Positions 39,291 through 50,047 of a DNA stretch of 64,000 nucleotides are shown here, in pieces. The translations under genes and the position numbers were made by a program. Source of the DNA: Bacteroidota bacterium. GTDB lineage: Bacteria; Bacteroidota; Bacteroidia; Bacteroidales; UBA12481. The notes beneath the pieces are model-generated. The model searched no databases. It was not told the origin of the DNA and saw only the letters and a program-made list of their open reading frames with translations. The stretch spans positions 18,383-82,382 of the forward strand of contig JABHCC010000189.1 in the NCBI GenBank assembly GCA_018669475.1, in the 5' to 3' direction. How positions within the stretch are numbered: the stretch's first letter is position 1; each line of letters begins with the position of its first letter.

Positions 39291-40568
39291 TCAACTAATC
39301 TTTTTCAAACGTTCGATACTTTGGATCATGGCCCTTACAGTATGATAGTTTACTTTCCATGAATGACTCATATGATCCCAAATAGGCTTGCCCTCCCTCG
39401 TGAGCAACGGAAACCATTCACCAACCTTATGGTTTATCACCTTGTCGAATACAAATCGATGTACATTCTTATATGCATCCCAGAATTTCTCTTTTCCAAA
39501 CATCAAATAGGCATCAAGAGCGCCAATCATTATTTCGGCTTGCTGCCAAAATTCTTTCTCCATGTCATATACACCGCCTGAATGAGGTCCCTCAACAAAA
39601 ACTCCTCCATATTTTTTATCAATTCCGTTATCAATGGTATGCTCAAATATTTCAGCTAATAGTTTTTGGTAATTATCATTTTTTACTCCAAGGATTTTCA
39701 GTGCATGAATCAAAAGCCAGGCAAACTCTGCATTATGACCATAACATGTATTGTCAGTTGAATTATCCTTCTCTCCCTCTTCCGAGAATCGATCCCAGCC
39801 CCAGATAATATCAAACTTTATCTGAGGTGCAATTTTCCAGTTTGGAAAATATTGGGGAATTCCGGTTTTATACCGGGGATGCATTATCCTGTTTAATAAG
39901 ATTTCAATGTCTTCGAGCAATTTTCTGCGATGCAGCTCATTATTACTACATTCAAATAGAGTAGTAAATGCTTCCATCAGATGCATGTGAACATCAAGAG
40001 TTTTCCGGTCTCCTCCCTTACTGCCAGGACCAGCCAGAGACCAGTTCCGGTCAAACATCTCAAAATATCCACCAAAATATGTATCCGTACAGTTTTTTTG
40101 TATCAGGTCAAAGGTCTTTTCTGCATATTCTCTTCCATGGGTGTCACCTGTGGCAAGAGTATATTCACTAAGTGAATAAATAGCAAAACTAAGACCATAC
40201 AGGATCTTCTTATCTACCTGTACATTCCCTTTTCTGTCCATCATCCAATAAAAACCACCATATTCCTTATCCCACATTTTATCTATCATGAAGTTAACTC
40301 CATGCTTAGCCATACCGGCCAATGCACCATCTCCGTATCCTGCTCTATGTGCAGATGACAGTGTGTAAACAGATCGGGATTGAGCTATCAGTGATTTTTC
40401 ATCCTCTCCCGTATCAAGCCCATCTCTGTCAAAATGTGTAATATACCCACCATTCCTTTCATCAATCATTCGGTTTGTCCAGAAAGGCAAAAGCTCGTTT
40501 CTCAGGTGGTTCTCAGCTTCATTTAAGTACTTACTTATTTCTTCATTTTGCATACTGCATGTCTTCAT
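39291..40568 (-). CDS. AGE-family epimerase/isomerase (cellobiose-2-epimerase-like), cytoplasmic
   Basis: LLPFW, QSR, WDKEYGGFYW, HMHLMEAF, YGHNAE, WQQAE, GEW and WKVNYH. Confidence 0.88.
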   Translation of the reverse strand: MKTCSMQNEEISKYLNEAENHLRNELLPFWTNRMIDERNGGYITHFDRDGLDTGEDEKSLIAQSRSVYTLSSAHRAGYGDGALAGMAKHGVNFMIDKMWDKEYGGFYWMMDRKGNVQVDKKILYGLSFAIYSLSEYTLATGDTHGREYAEKTFDLIQKNCTDTYFGGYFEMFDRNWSLAGPGSKGGDRKTLDVHMHLMEAFTTLFECSNNELHRRKLLEDIEILLNRIMHPRYKTGIPQYFPNWKIAPQIKFDIIWGWDRFSEEGEKDNSTDNTCYGHNAEFAWLLIHALKILGVKNDNYQKLLAEIFEHTIDNGIDKKYGGVFVEGPHSGGVYDMEKEFWQQAEIMIGALDAYLMFGKEKFWDAYKNVHRFVFDKVINHKVGEWFPLLTREGKPIWDHMSHSWKVNYHTVRAMIQSIERLKKIS

Positions 40569-40599
40569 TATTGCAATGTTGCACTAAAAGTTACTTCTG

Positions 40600-40607
40600 C
40601 AAAAATA
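40600..40607 (-). promoter_or_regulatory. Possible Bacteroidota -7 element (TAnnTTTG) for the AGE/GH92/ceramidase-like operon
   Basis: Reverse strand reads TATTTTTG about 32 bp upstream of the 40568 start. Confidence 0.4.
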
Positions 40608-40726
40608 CCTACTTTTAATATAATAGAAAGTGAAGTTATTTTCAACTATTGTTAAGAAACAGGTTGTTTATAGCCCATATGTGCTGTTAATTAGCTGTTG
40701 CGTCGAATTTTCATACATTACTAGTC

Positions 40727-42958
40727 ATGCGAAAAGCTATAATATTCCTTACAGCCCTTCTGCTTGTCGGCTGTGGGCCTCAGTCTGACAGTAAATCGAA
40801 TCTCCAATATGTTGATCCTCACATTGGTGGTATGGGACATCTTCTTCATCCGACCCGGCCCAATGTTCAACTACCAAACCAGATGATACGGATGCACCCT
40901 TTACGTGCCGACTATCTTGATGATCAGATTAGCTTTTTCCCTCTGACAATGATTTCTCATCGTAAAGGAGAGCTATTTGGGATTATGCCTTACGTCGGCT
41001 CAATTAGTGATGAAAAGTGGGATATTCGTCAAACTTATGACCATGATCTTGAAATTGTACATCCCTATTACTATTCAACCTACATGATTGATTCCGATAT
41101 CAGAGTTGAATTTACCCCAGGTAGTAAAGCCGGATACTTCAGGTTTACTTTTCCAGAGAAAGGCAATAGGATAATAAAACTTCAGACTAATCATGAGGGA
41201 AAATGGAAGATTAATCCTGATAACTCTGTTTCGGGAGTCGAATCCTTTTATGGGATGAAAGCGTACGTTTATGCAGAATTTGGCCAGGAAGGAAAGTCAT
41301 ATCTCAATGAAGTGGTATTATATGAATTTACCGAGGAAGAGGACAGACTTGTCGATTTTAGATATGGAATTTCCTTTATCAGCGTTGAACAAGCCAAAGA
41401 TAACATGGCAGATGAGATTCCGATATGGGATTTTGAAGCTTTAGAAAACAAAGGAGAAGATGCCTGGTCTGACAAGCTTGGACAAATTCAGGTCAGGGGA
41501 GGTAGCGATGCTCAACGACGAACTTTTTACACATCCCTGTATCGCTGTTATGAGCGTATGGTAAATATCAATGAAGATGGAAGGTATTACAGTTCTTATG
41601 ACCACAATGTACATGTCGATGATCGCGATTTTTATATCGACGATTGGGTTTGGGATTCTTACCTTGCACATCACCCCCTGAGGACATTACTCGATCCGAC
41701 TGCTGAAGCAGATATGCTGCAATCTTATGTAAATATGTATGAGCAATATGGCTGGATGCCCCAATTTCCCTTACTTTACAGAGATGATCCGGCGATGCAC
41801 GGTTTTCACTCTACCATAGTTTTTCTGGATGCATGGAGAAAAGGAATCCGCGATTTTGATATAGAAAAGGCATATGAAGGGATGAGAAAAAATGCCCTTG
41901 AGGCAACAATGCTGCCCTGGCGAAACGGTCCGAAATGTGTCCTCGACGATTTCTATCGTGAAAATGGCTTTTACCCTGCACTTAAACCCGGAGAAATAGA
42001 AACAATTGAGGAAGTTCACAGTTTTGAAAAACGCCAGAGCGTTGCTATTACCTTGGCACACAGTTATGATGACTGGGCGCTTGCTGAAATGGCCGGTGAG
42101 CTGAAAAAAACAGAGGATTACAAATATTTTACCGGGGAGGCAACAAATTATCGTAATTTATATCGTCCTGACAAAAAACTGATGTGGCCCAAAGATTCTA
42201 TAGGGGAGTGGATAGATATTGATCCGAAATTTGACGGAGGCCCAGGCGGCAGAGATTATTATGATGAGAACAACGGGTATACCTATGCATGGCAAGCACA
42301 GCATGATATACATGGACTGATAAAACTGATGGGCGGACGGGAAGAGTTTATAACAAATCTTGATCAGCTATTTCGCGAAGACCTGGGCCGCAGGAAATGG
42401 CAATTCTGGGCCAAGTTTCCGGATGCTACCGGTTTGGTTGGACAGTTTTCAATGGGAAATGAGCCAAGCTTCCACATTCCATACCTATATAATTATGCAG
42501 GTGAACCATGGAAAACTCAAAAACGAATCAGGTTCTTGCTAGACGTCTGGTTTCAAGATAATATCTTCGGTATTCCTGGAGATGAAGATGGTGGAGGCAT
42601 GACTGCCTTTGTAGTATTTTCATCAATGGGATTCTACCCTGTAAGCCCGGGATTACCTGTCTATTCTATTGGCAGCCCGGTTTTTGAGGAGATCTCAATT
42701 AAGCTTGATAATGGAAAAACCTTTACAATTCAGGCTCATAATTGCTCGAAAACCAATAAGTATATCCAGTCGGCAAATCTTAATGGTGAAACCTTAAGCC
42801 GCCCTTGGTTTACTCATGACGATATTTTGAATGGAAGTACTCTTGAACTTGAAATGGGTCCATATCCCAATAAACAGTGGGGTGCATCAATTAATGCCGC
42901 TCCACCATCAAAGGTGATATTAAACAGCTCGAAGAAAGGCAGTGAAAATGAAATTTAA
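40727..42958 (+). CDS. GH92 alpha-mannosidase-family lipoprotein
   Basis: Lipobox LVGC; YVDPHIG, WVWDSY, YDENN, GNEPSFHIPY and GDEDGGGM. Confidence 0.92.
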   Translation: MRKAIIFLTALLLVGCGPQSDSKSNLQYVDPHIGGMGHLLHPTRPNVQLPNQMIRMHPLRADYLDDQISFFPLTMISHRKGELFGIMPYVGSISDEKWDIRQTYDHDLEIVHPYYYSTYMIDSDIRVEFTPGSKAGYFRFTFPEKGNRIIKLQTNHEGKWKINPDNSVSGVESFYGMKAYVYAEFGQEGKSYLNEVVLYEFTEEEDRLVDFRYGISFISVEQAKDNMADEIPIWDFEALENKGEDAWSDKLGQIQVRGGSDAQRRTFYTSLYRCYERMVNINEDGRYYSSYDHNVHVDDRDFYIDDWVWDSYLAHHPLRTLLDPTAEADMLQSYVNMYEQYGWMPQFPLLYRDDPAMHGFHSTIVFLDAWRKGIRDFDIEKAYEGMRKNALEATMLPWRNGPKCVLDDFYRENGFYPALKPGEIETIEEVHSFEKRQSVAITLAHSYDDWALAEMAGELKKTEDYKYFTGEATNYRNLYRPDKKLMWPKDSIGEWIDIDPKFDGGPGGRDYYDENNGYTYAWQAQHDIHGLIKLMGGREEFITNLDQLFREDLGRRKWQFWAKFPDATGLVGQFSMGNEPSFHIPYLYNYAGEPWKTQKRIRFLLDVWFQDNIFGIPGDEDGGGMTAFVVFSSMGFYPVSPGLPVYSIGSPVFEEISIKLDNGKTFTIQAHNCSKTNKYIQSANLNGETLSRPWFTHDDILNGSTLELEMGPYPNKQWGASINAAPPSKVILNSSKKGSENEI

Positions 42959-45317
42959 AGACAAGTTTTTAACCTTCATGGTGATAGGAATTATCACTCT
43001 GGGATGTGTGAAAACCAAAGAACCTGTAGGCTATGTTGATCCATTTATTGGAACAGATTTCTTTGCACATACATACCCGGGGCCAGGATTGCCATTTGGA
43101 ATGGTACACCTGAGTCCTGACGGATATACAGAGGGATGGACATACGCATCGGGCTACCAGTACGCAGACAATACCATAATGGGATTCAGTCATACTCATT
43201 ATAGTGGAGTGGGGATGACCGGTAAGGGTGATATTCTAATAATGCCAACGGTTGGACAGAAACTCCAGGTTATTCCTGGTTCACGAGAAAACCCTGATGA
43301 GGGTTATCGGTCAAGGTTTGAACACAGTGAAGAAACTGCATCTCCGGGTTATTACTCAGTTCATCTGAAAGATTATGACATCCTGGCTGAGTTAACTGTC
43401 ACCAAAAGAGCCGGGATGCACAGATATACATTTCCAAAATCAGATTGTTCTCATATCCTGATTGATCTGGGCCATTCCATCGGAAGGTCCTCAGATGAGG
43501 AGTCGAGAATCAGAATTGTAGATGATCATATTATCGAAGGATATAAAATCTCCAAAGAGACCATAGTATATTTTGTAGCAGAATTCGATAAGGAGTTTGC
43601 CGCTTATGGAACCTGGGACGGAAACTTTAATACACCGGAATCCGGAGCCGGACTTTTCCCATATCGGTCTGCAGAATCAGGTAGCAATATTGGAGCCTTT
43701 GTGAATTATGTAACCACCTCTGATGAAGTTATTTTGCTTAAGATAGGTCTGTCTTATGTAAGTGTTGAAGGAGCCCGAAATAATCTGAAAGCCGAAATTC
43801 CTGATTGGAACTTTGATGATGTTAAATCGGAGGCAAGAGAAATCTGGAATAAAGAATTGGGTAAGATTCAGGTAAGGGGAGAATCTGAGGAGCAAAAGCA
43901 AGTTTTTTATACGGCTCTCTATCGTTCATTGTTGGCTCAGGGCATATCCTCTGACGTAGATGGTAAATATTTCGGAATGGATGGCATGATTCATACAGCT
44001 GAGGATCATCAGTTCTTTCCTTCCTTTTTCTGTTGGGATACGTACCGCTCTGAGCACCCACTCATGACTATAATTGAGCCTGAATATGTGAATGATATGA
44101 TCAAATCAATCGTATCAAAGACAAAAAATTTCGGGTGGTTGCCGGCACAACACTCACGTAATACTTTCGGACAGGGGATGGTGGGGGACCACCTTGTTCC
44201 GATTATAGTAGATGCGTATATGAAAGGTTTCAGGGATTATGATGTTGAATTCATTTATCAGGCGATGAGAACGAAAGCCCTGGAACTTCCACCCCCGCCC
44301 CTACCTCCATCCTACGGCCGATCCGGATTAAAATACTACATGGAACTGGGTTACATACCTGTCGATAAGGTTCCCGAATCAGTATCCAATACACTTGAAT
44401 TGTCATATGATGACTGGTGCCTGGCACAAATGGCACAAGAGCTTGGGTATGAGGAAGATTATCAGATATTTATGGAACGTGCTGGGAACTATAAGAACCT
44501 ATTTGATCCTGGAACTAATTTTATGCGTCCGAAAAACCTGAATGGCACATGGTTAAGATCTTGTGAAAATCTGCCAGCAGAAATTACAAGAAATGAGGAT
44601 CATACATATTACAGCTGTTTTGATCCCCTGCTGGTAGGCAGGCGTCCGAACAGGTACTTTACTGAATCAAATGCCTGGCAATATAACTGGTCTGTACAAC
44701 ATGATATCGGTGGACTGATCAAGCTCCTCGGAGGTAACAATGATTTTGCTGCCAGGCTTGATACCTTCTTCACCATGAGTCCAGATATCAGTGAGCCAAA
44801 GTATGTTGGAGTGGTGGGTACAATCGGCCAGTATGTTCATGGTAATCAACCTTCACATCATGTTGCCTATCTGTACAATTATGCCAGAATGCCATGGAAA
44901 ACACAGGAGAAGGTCAGCCAGGTCATGAACCTCTACAGAACAGGAGCAGGAGGTATTTGCGGCAATGAGGATATGGGTTCTCTTTCATCCTGGTATGTGC
45001 TGAGTGCAATGGGTTTCTATCCCGTTTGTCCGGGGCAGAATGTGTATTTAATTGGAACCCCTCTTTTTGAAGAAGCAATAATTTCTTTAAATAGTCATAA
45101 TAAATCCAGGCAGTTCATTGTGAAAGCTAATAATGTTTCGCTGGAGAATAAATATATTCAATCAGCTATCCTGAATGGAAAGCCGATGAAAAAGAGCTGG
45201 CTCTCTCATGATGAGATAATAAATGGTGGCACTCTTATTTTCGAAATGGGCCCTGCCCCTAATATGGAATGGGGTGCCAATCCTTTAGATCTCCCCCCTT
45301 CAATGGAAAGTCAATAA
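42948..45317 (+). CDS. GH92 alpha-mannosidase-family lipoprotein
   Basis: Lipobox TLGC; YVDPFIGT, PFGMVHLSPD, GFSHTHYSG, WDTYR, FTESNAWQY, HGNQPSHH and GNEDMG. ATG at 42948 (ORF track starts at GTG 42942). Confidence 0.93.
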   Translation: MKFKDKFLTFMVIGIITLGCVKTKEPVGYVDPFIGTDFFAHTYPGPGLPFGMVHLSPDGYTEGWTYASGYQYADNTIMGFSHTHYSGVGMTGKGDILIMPTVGQKLQVIPGSRENPDEGYRSRFEHSEETASPGYYSVHLKDYDILAELTVTKRAGMHRYTFPKSDCSHILIDLGHSIGRSSDEESRIRIVDDHIIEGYKISKETIVYFVAEFDKEFAAYGTWDGNFNTPESGAGLFPYRSAESGSNIGAFVNYVTTSDEVILLKIGLSYVSVEGARNNLKAEIPDWNFDDVKSEAREIWNKELGKIQVRGESEEQKQVFYTALYRSLLAQGISSDVDGKYFGMDGMIHTAEDHQFFPSFFCWDTYRSEHPLMTIIEPEYVNDMIKSIVSKTKNFGWLPAQHSRNTFGQGMVGDHLVPIIVDAYMKGFRDYDVEFIYQAMRTKALELPPPPLPPSYGRSGLKYYMELGYIPVDKVPESVSNTLELSYDDWCLAQMAQELGYEEDYQIFMERAGNYKNLFDPGTNFMRPKNLNGTWLRSCENLPAEITRNEDHTYYSCFDPLLVGRRPNRYFTESNAWQYNWSVQHDIGGLIKLLGGNNDFAARLDTFFTMSPDISEPKYVGVVGTIGQYVHGNQPSHHVAYLYNYARMPWKTQEKVSQVMNLYRTGAGGICGNEDMGSLSSWYVLSAMGFYPVCPGQNVYLIGTPLFEEAIISLNSHNKSRQFIVKANNVSLENKYIQSAILNGKPMKKSWLSHDEIINGGTLIFEMGPAPNMEWGANPLDLPPSMESQ

Positions 45318-45404
45318 ACTATGCGTATTGAATAAGATATTAGAAGTTTAGAATACTCATTTGGTTTTACTTTGTATGGATAAACAAAAACAGGAGACTC
45401 GCCT

Positions 45405-46904
45405 ATGTTAACAGGCATTGACTATTTTATCGTAATAGCATACATAATTGGGATCCTGATTCTTGGTTATTATTTTAAGCGATTCGTAAACACATCTGAA
45501 GATTACTTCCTGGGGGGTAGGAGCCTGCCTTTTTGGGCTATTGGGATGTCTATTGTTGTTTCGGACATTGGTGCACTTGATTTTGTGGGTGTATCAGGAC
45601 AAGCATATCGGTATGGAATTTCAGTAGGCAACTTTGACTGGATCGGATCTGTTCCTGCGATGCTTTTGGCTGCATTTATTTTCATCCCTTATTTTTGGCG
45701 AGGAGGGATGTACACCATACCTGAGTACTTAGGAAGAAGATATAATAGTTCTGTTCGTACCATAGCCTCATTAACCTGGATAATATTTTTTGCTGTGGAT
45801 TTGGGAGTGCTTTTCTGGGCCAGTGCGGTATTACTCAATGTTCTGATGGGCTGGCCAATCTGGATGTCAATAATGATAACAGCTGGTGTTGTTGGTCTCT
45901 ATACTTATTTTGGAGGAATTACGGCCGTCGTGATGACGGATGTGGTTCAAATGGTTATTATGTTTGTTGGTGGCCTGACCTTAACATTTTTAGGCCTGCA
46001 TGCTGTTGGTGGTTTTGATGTCCTGGTTGATAAAATAACTACTATGGGCCCTGAATATCGAAGTCATTTCGATCTTATTCAATCCTCTGATACGAAGACT
46101 CCCTTTCCCTGGACAGGCATATTATTTGGTCTTACCTTTGTCATGGCCAATGCCTATATGATTGGTAATCAGTCGATAGTGCAGCGATGTCTTACGGCGA
46201 AAAATGAATGGCATGCAAAAGCGAGTATGGTATTTGCTTCCGGGCTTAAAATGCTAATCCCAATTCTGGTACTTTTCCCCGGACTTATGGCGATTATCAT
46301 TCATCCCGGTTTGGAGGATGGTGACCAGTCTTTGCCAATGATGATAAAAAGCATACTGCCACCTGGTCTTATTGGATTAGTATTCGCTGCATTTTTTGCT
46401 GGCTTGATGTCAAGTGTTGATTCGATATTAAACTCTACTGCAACGCTTTTTACAAAAGATATCTATGAGCCTTTCATAAAAAAAGGAGCAAGTGATGTGC
46501 ATTATCTAAAAGTTGGTAAACTGACCACTCTGGTGTTATTGATTATTGGTGTTGCTACTTCGCCAATAAGTAGCAAGTTCCCTGGAATTTATGTTGCTGT
46601 ACAAACCTTTTTGTCATTCTTTCAGGGGCCATTATTTGCGATACTTCTTCTTGGAATTTTCTGGAAACGAACAACCCAGTGGGGCGGACTCTCAGGTATA
46701 ATAATTGGTATTGGGTTTGCGACTGTACTTAACCTTTTTAAGGGTGAATTCTTCACAATAGAAGATCCTTTCCTCTATGTGTCATGGTGGTCGTTTTTAG
46801 TAGGTTTTATTGTTACTGTTACTGTAAGCCTGATTACTCCCCGACATTCAGATTTAAAACTGGAAGGATTAGTTTACAAAAGATTTGGAAAAAAAGACAA
46901 ATGA
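45405..46904 (+). CDS. Sodium:solute symporter
   Basis: DYFLGGRSLP, TIPEYLGRRY, GGITAVVMTDVVQ, NQSIVQRCL and LMSSVDSILNS. Confidence 0.93.
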   Translation: MLTGIDYFIVIAYIIGILILGYYFKRFVNTSEDYFLGGRSLPFWAIGMSIVVSDIGALDFVGVSGQAYRYGISVGNFDWIGSVPAMLLAAFIFIPYFWRGGMYTIPEYLGRRYNSSVRTIASLTWIIFFAVDLGVLFWASAVLLNVLMGWPIWMSIMITAGVVGLYTYFGGITAVVMTDVVQMVIMFVGGLTLTFLGLHAVGGFDVLVDKITTMGPEYRSHFDLIQSSDTKTPFPWTGILFGLTFVMANAYMIGNQSIVQRCLTAKNEWHAKASMVFASGLKMLIPILVLFPGLMAIIIHPGLEDGDQSLPMMIKSILPPGLIGLVFAAFFAGLMSSVDSILNSTATLFTKDIYEPFIKKGASDVHYLKVGKLTTLVLLIIGVATSPISSKFPGIYVAVQTFLSFFQGPLFAILLLGIFWKRTTQWGGLSGIIIGIGFATVLNLFKGEFFTIEDPFLYVSWWSFLVGFIVTVTVSLITPRHSDLKLEGLVYKRFGKKDK

Positions 46905-46941
46905 TAATTGTGTAATGGTTACTTAAAACGGAGAATGAAAT

Positions 46942-47157
46942 ATGCTAAACTTTGATTGGCTTGCGGGAGTATCGCAGGAGACAGCTAAAATTGTTTTCCT
47001 GAGCCTGTTCATTCTCATTGCAATTGTTGTCTTACTGATCCCGAATGACTATATTTTTCAAGGAGTGAAAAAAAAGGACAGACATTGGTGGAATAACCTG
47101 AAAATATGGGCCATATTTGTGTTGGCCTCATTGTTCTTTGTGTATTATATATTCTAA
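46942..47157 (+). CDS. Small two-TM membrane protein
   Basis: 71 aa with two hydrophobic stretches; GGAG upstream; in line with the operon. Confidence 0.7.
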   Translation: MLNFDWLAGVSQETAKIVFLSLFILIAIVVLLIPNDYIFQGVKKKDRHWWNNLKIWAIFVLASLFFVYYIF

Positions 47158-47165
47158 TCATTATC

Positions 47166-47384
47166 ATGGACGAAAGAGAAAAAGTAAACAAAATCAAAAA
47201 TGCAAAGATTAATAATGCATTGGGTGTGTTCATCCTGTTTTTTGGCTTCATCGTGATTTTTGCGATGATATTCGCGGATACTTTTGTTCAGCAAATGACA
47301 AACCTTGTTGCCGGTCTTGTTCTTTGTATTATTGGTGGTGGTATGATGTTAAAATCCAGAATAACTATGAGATCATTAAAATAG
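47166..47384 (+). CDS. Small two-TM membrane protein
   Basis: MDEREKV... start at 47166 avoids overlap with the previous gene; two hydrophobic stretches. Confidence 0.65.
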   Translation: MDEREKVNKIKNAKINNALGVFILFFGFIVIFAMIFADTFVQQMTNLVAGLVLCIIGGGMMLKSRITMRSLK

Positions 47385-47419
47385 TGGTATCAGAGTTATG
47401 TTAAGCTCACTACCAGAAG

Positions 47420-50047
47420 ATGATTGCAAATTATAAAAGAGAACTTTCCAATAATTGGCAGATTCAATCCTCTGAAAAGATAACACCAGGGGGGGGGGAG
47501 ATATCCTGTGCTGAATATTCTGCAATTAGCTGGTTCCCAACAAACGTACCTTCAACTGTTCTGGCCACCTTAGTTAAGAACAAGCAATATCAAGATCCAT
47601 ATTTCGGTACAAATATGAAAGGAATACCTCAGGAACAATTTAAGGTTCCATGGTGGTATCGAACTGAATTTGAGCTTTCAAAAACTGAGGCAAACAATAC
47701 CATTCTATTAAGCTTTGATGGTATTAACTACCGGGCTAGCATCTGGATTAATGGTAAACAACTTGCTACTTCTAAAATATATAACGGAGCCTTCCGCAGA
47801 ATTAAGCTTGACATCAGTAATAACATTGTTTCTGGCAATAATATCCTGGCCATCGAGGTAATTCCTCCTGAGCCAGGGGATTTTTCTATTGGCTTTGTAG
47901 ATTGGAATGTTGATCCGCCAGACAGGAATATGGGAATATTCAGGGGTGTGAGTTTGCATATAAATGGTGGTATTTCTATTGAGAATCCATTTGTTGATAC
48001 AAAAATCAATCGTGATAATTCAAATGATGCTGTCCTATGCCTTTCAACAGAATTAGTTAATCACACCGGTGAAGCGATATCAGGCGTTCTTACAGGAGTA
48101 TTTGATAATATTCAGTTGAAGAAATCTCTTACTCTTTCTCCTGCTGAAAGGGCTACTGTTGTATTCAGGCCTGACGAGTTTCCTGAATTGAATATAAAAG
48201 ATGCTAAGTTTTGGTGGCCTTATCAGATAGGAGAACCTGACTTACATAATCTGAAGCTTTCTCTCGATATTGATAATTATACTTCAGATATCCAACAACT
48301 TAAATTTGGGATTCGTGAGGTGGAAGATTATGTTAATGAAGCCGGACACCGGGGATTCAAAATCAATGGAAAGAAAGTTCTTATAAAAGGAGCTGGATGG
48401 ACCGATGACCTGTTCCTTCAGGATACTCACGAGTCTCTTGAAGACCAGATTAGCTATGTGAAGCAGATGAATCTGAATTGCATTCGTTTGGAGGGATTCT
48501 GGGGAAAAGACCAGAAGCTGTATGACCTTTGCGATCAGGCTGGGATTTTAATGATAGTCGGATGGAGTTGTCATTGGGAGCATGAAGAGTACCTGGGAAA
48601 GCCGGTTGATCCTCTTTATGGAGGGGTTACCGAAGTTGATGAAATAGAGCTCATCTCCCGCTCATGGGAGGAACAAATACTCTGGCTTCGAAACCATCCA
48701 GCCATATTTGTCTGGAATGTGGGTAGTGACATGGTCCCTCACCCTGATCTGGAAAGAAAATACATTGAAACATTTAATAAGTATGATAATACACGTCCGT
48801 ATCTGAATTCTACGGGTGGAGTTGGAAGTGAACAGGGGATCATTACCGAGGTGGAGGTAGTGAGTGAAATCAGTGGTTCTTCACGGGTAAAAATGTTAGG
48901 ACCATACGCTTATACACCACCCGTATATTGGTATACTGATAAAAAATTGGGTGGGGCCTACGGTTTTAATACTGAAACATGTCCAGGGGCGAACATCCCT
49001 CCGCTTGACAGCATACAAAAAATGATTCCATCAGATCATCTCTGGCCCATTGATGAAACATGGGAATATCATTGTGGTAAAAATGACTTCAGTAAGCTCG
49101 ACCGGGTCAAAAAGGCGATAGCATACCGTTATGGACCGGCTAAGAATATAAAGGATTTTGCATATAAGGCACAATTGCTGAATTATGAGCTCATGCGTCC
49201 TATGTTTGAAGCTTTTCAGGTAAATAAACATATTGCTACCGGTGTTATTCAGTGGATGCTAAATTCTGCCCTGCCCAATATGTACTGGCAATTGTATGAT
49301 AGCTACCTGATGCCCAACGGCGCTTTCTACAGCACAAGAAAAGCATGCGAACCTCTTCACCTGGCATATAACTATGGTGATCATTCAATCAACATTATCA
49401 ATGATCATTTACACCCTGTAGCGGATCATCGGGCATACATCCGGATCTTTGACATTTCTTCCCATGAAGTATTCAGTGAAAGTGTTGTCGTGAATGTTCT
49501 GGAGGAGTCATCATCGGTCTTGATGAAGCTTCCTGAGAATATGGAACTTACCGATACGTGGTTTCTGGATCTGCGTTTGTTTAACCATTCTGAAAAACAA
49601 CTCGGAAATAATTTCTACTGGCTGTCACTGAAAAGAGATGAGCTGGATTACGAGGCGAAATTTGACAACTGGCCGTTCTATACACCAAGTAAATCTTATG
49701 CTGACTACACATCCTTGCACAGTTTGAAAAAAGCAAGCATCAGAGTCAAGCATCAGTTAAAAATGTGTGGAGACAGGCAGACTCTGACTGTTTGGATAGA
49801 AAACCCCACCGATCAGATTGCGTTTTTCATCTATCTGAGGATTTCGGGAAAAGAAGGCAGAAAAGCAGTTTTACCAGTTTGGTGGAATGACAATTACATA
49901 ACACTTCTTCCTCATGAGATCAGGGTTTTAACTGCATCTTTCAAATCAAGCGCCAGAGAAAATGACTTGGGATGGCTTGAGGTGAGTGGCTGGAATATTG
50001 AGCACCGTGAACAAATGATAAATACCTATGGCACAATTAGCGATTAA
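47420..50047 (+). CDS. GH2 exo-beta-D-glucosaminidase-like (CsxA-type); no signal peptide
   Basis: VPSTVLATLV, DWN..PPDRNMGI, LNCIRLEG, LRNHP...GSD (Asp instead of the usual NE), GPY, GAYGFNTET and WQLYD. Confidence 0.82.
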   Translation: MIANYKRELSNNWQIQSSEKITPGGGEISCAEYSAISWFPTNVPSTVLATLVKNKQYQDPYFGTNMKGIPQEQFKVPWWYRTEFELSKTEANNTILLSFDGINYRASIWINGKQLATSKIYNGAFRRIKLDISNNIVSGNNILAIEVIPPEPGDFSIGFVDWNVDPPDRNMGIFRGVSLHINGGISIENPFVDTKINRDNSNDAVLCLSTELVNHTGEAISGVLTGVFDNIQLKKSLTLSPAERATVVFRPDEFPELNIKDAKFWWPYQIGEPDLHNLKLSLDIDNYTSDIQQLKFGIREVEDYVNEAGHRGFKINGKKVLIKGAGWTDDLFLQDTHESLEDQISYVKQMNLNCIRLEGFWGKDQKLYDLCDQAGILMIVGWSCHWEHEEYLGKPVDPLYGGVTEVDEIELISRSWEEQILWLRNHPAIFVWNVGSDMVPHPDLERKYIETFNKYDNTRPYLNSTGGVGSEQGIITEVEVVSEISGSSRVKMLGPYAYTPPVYWYTDKKLGGAYGFNTETCPGANIPPLDSIQKMIPSDHLWPIDETWEYHCGKNDFSKLDRVKKAIAYRYGPAKNIKDFAYKAQLLNYELMRPMFEAFQVNKHIATGVIQWMLNSALPNMYWQLYDSYLMPNGAFYSTRKACEPLHLAYNYGDHSINIINDHLHPVADHRAYIRIFDISSHEVFSESVVVNVLEESSSVLMKLPENMELTDTWFLDLRLFNHSEKQLGNNFYWLSLKRDELDYEAKFDNWPFYTPSKSYADYTSLHSLKKASIRVKHQLKMCGDRQTLTVWIENPTDQIAFFIYLRISGKEGRKAVLPVWWNDNYITLLPHEIRVLTASFKSSARENDLGWLEVSGWNIEHREQMINTYGTISD
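47489..47498 (+). repeat. G10 homopolymer inside the 5' end of the GH2 gene
   Basis: CCA GGG GGG GGG GAG (P-G-G-G-E), currently in frame. Confidence 0.8.
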
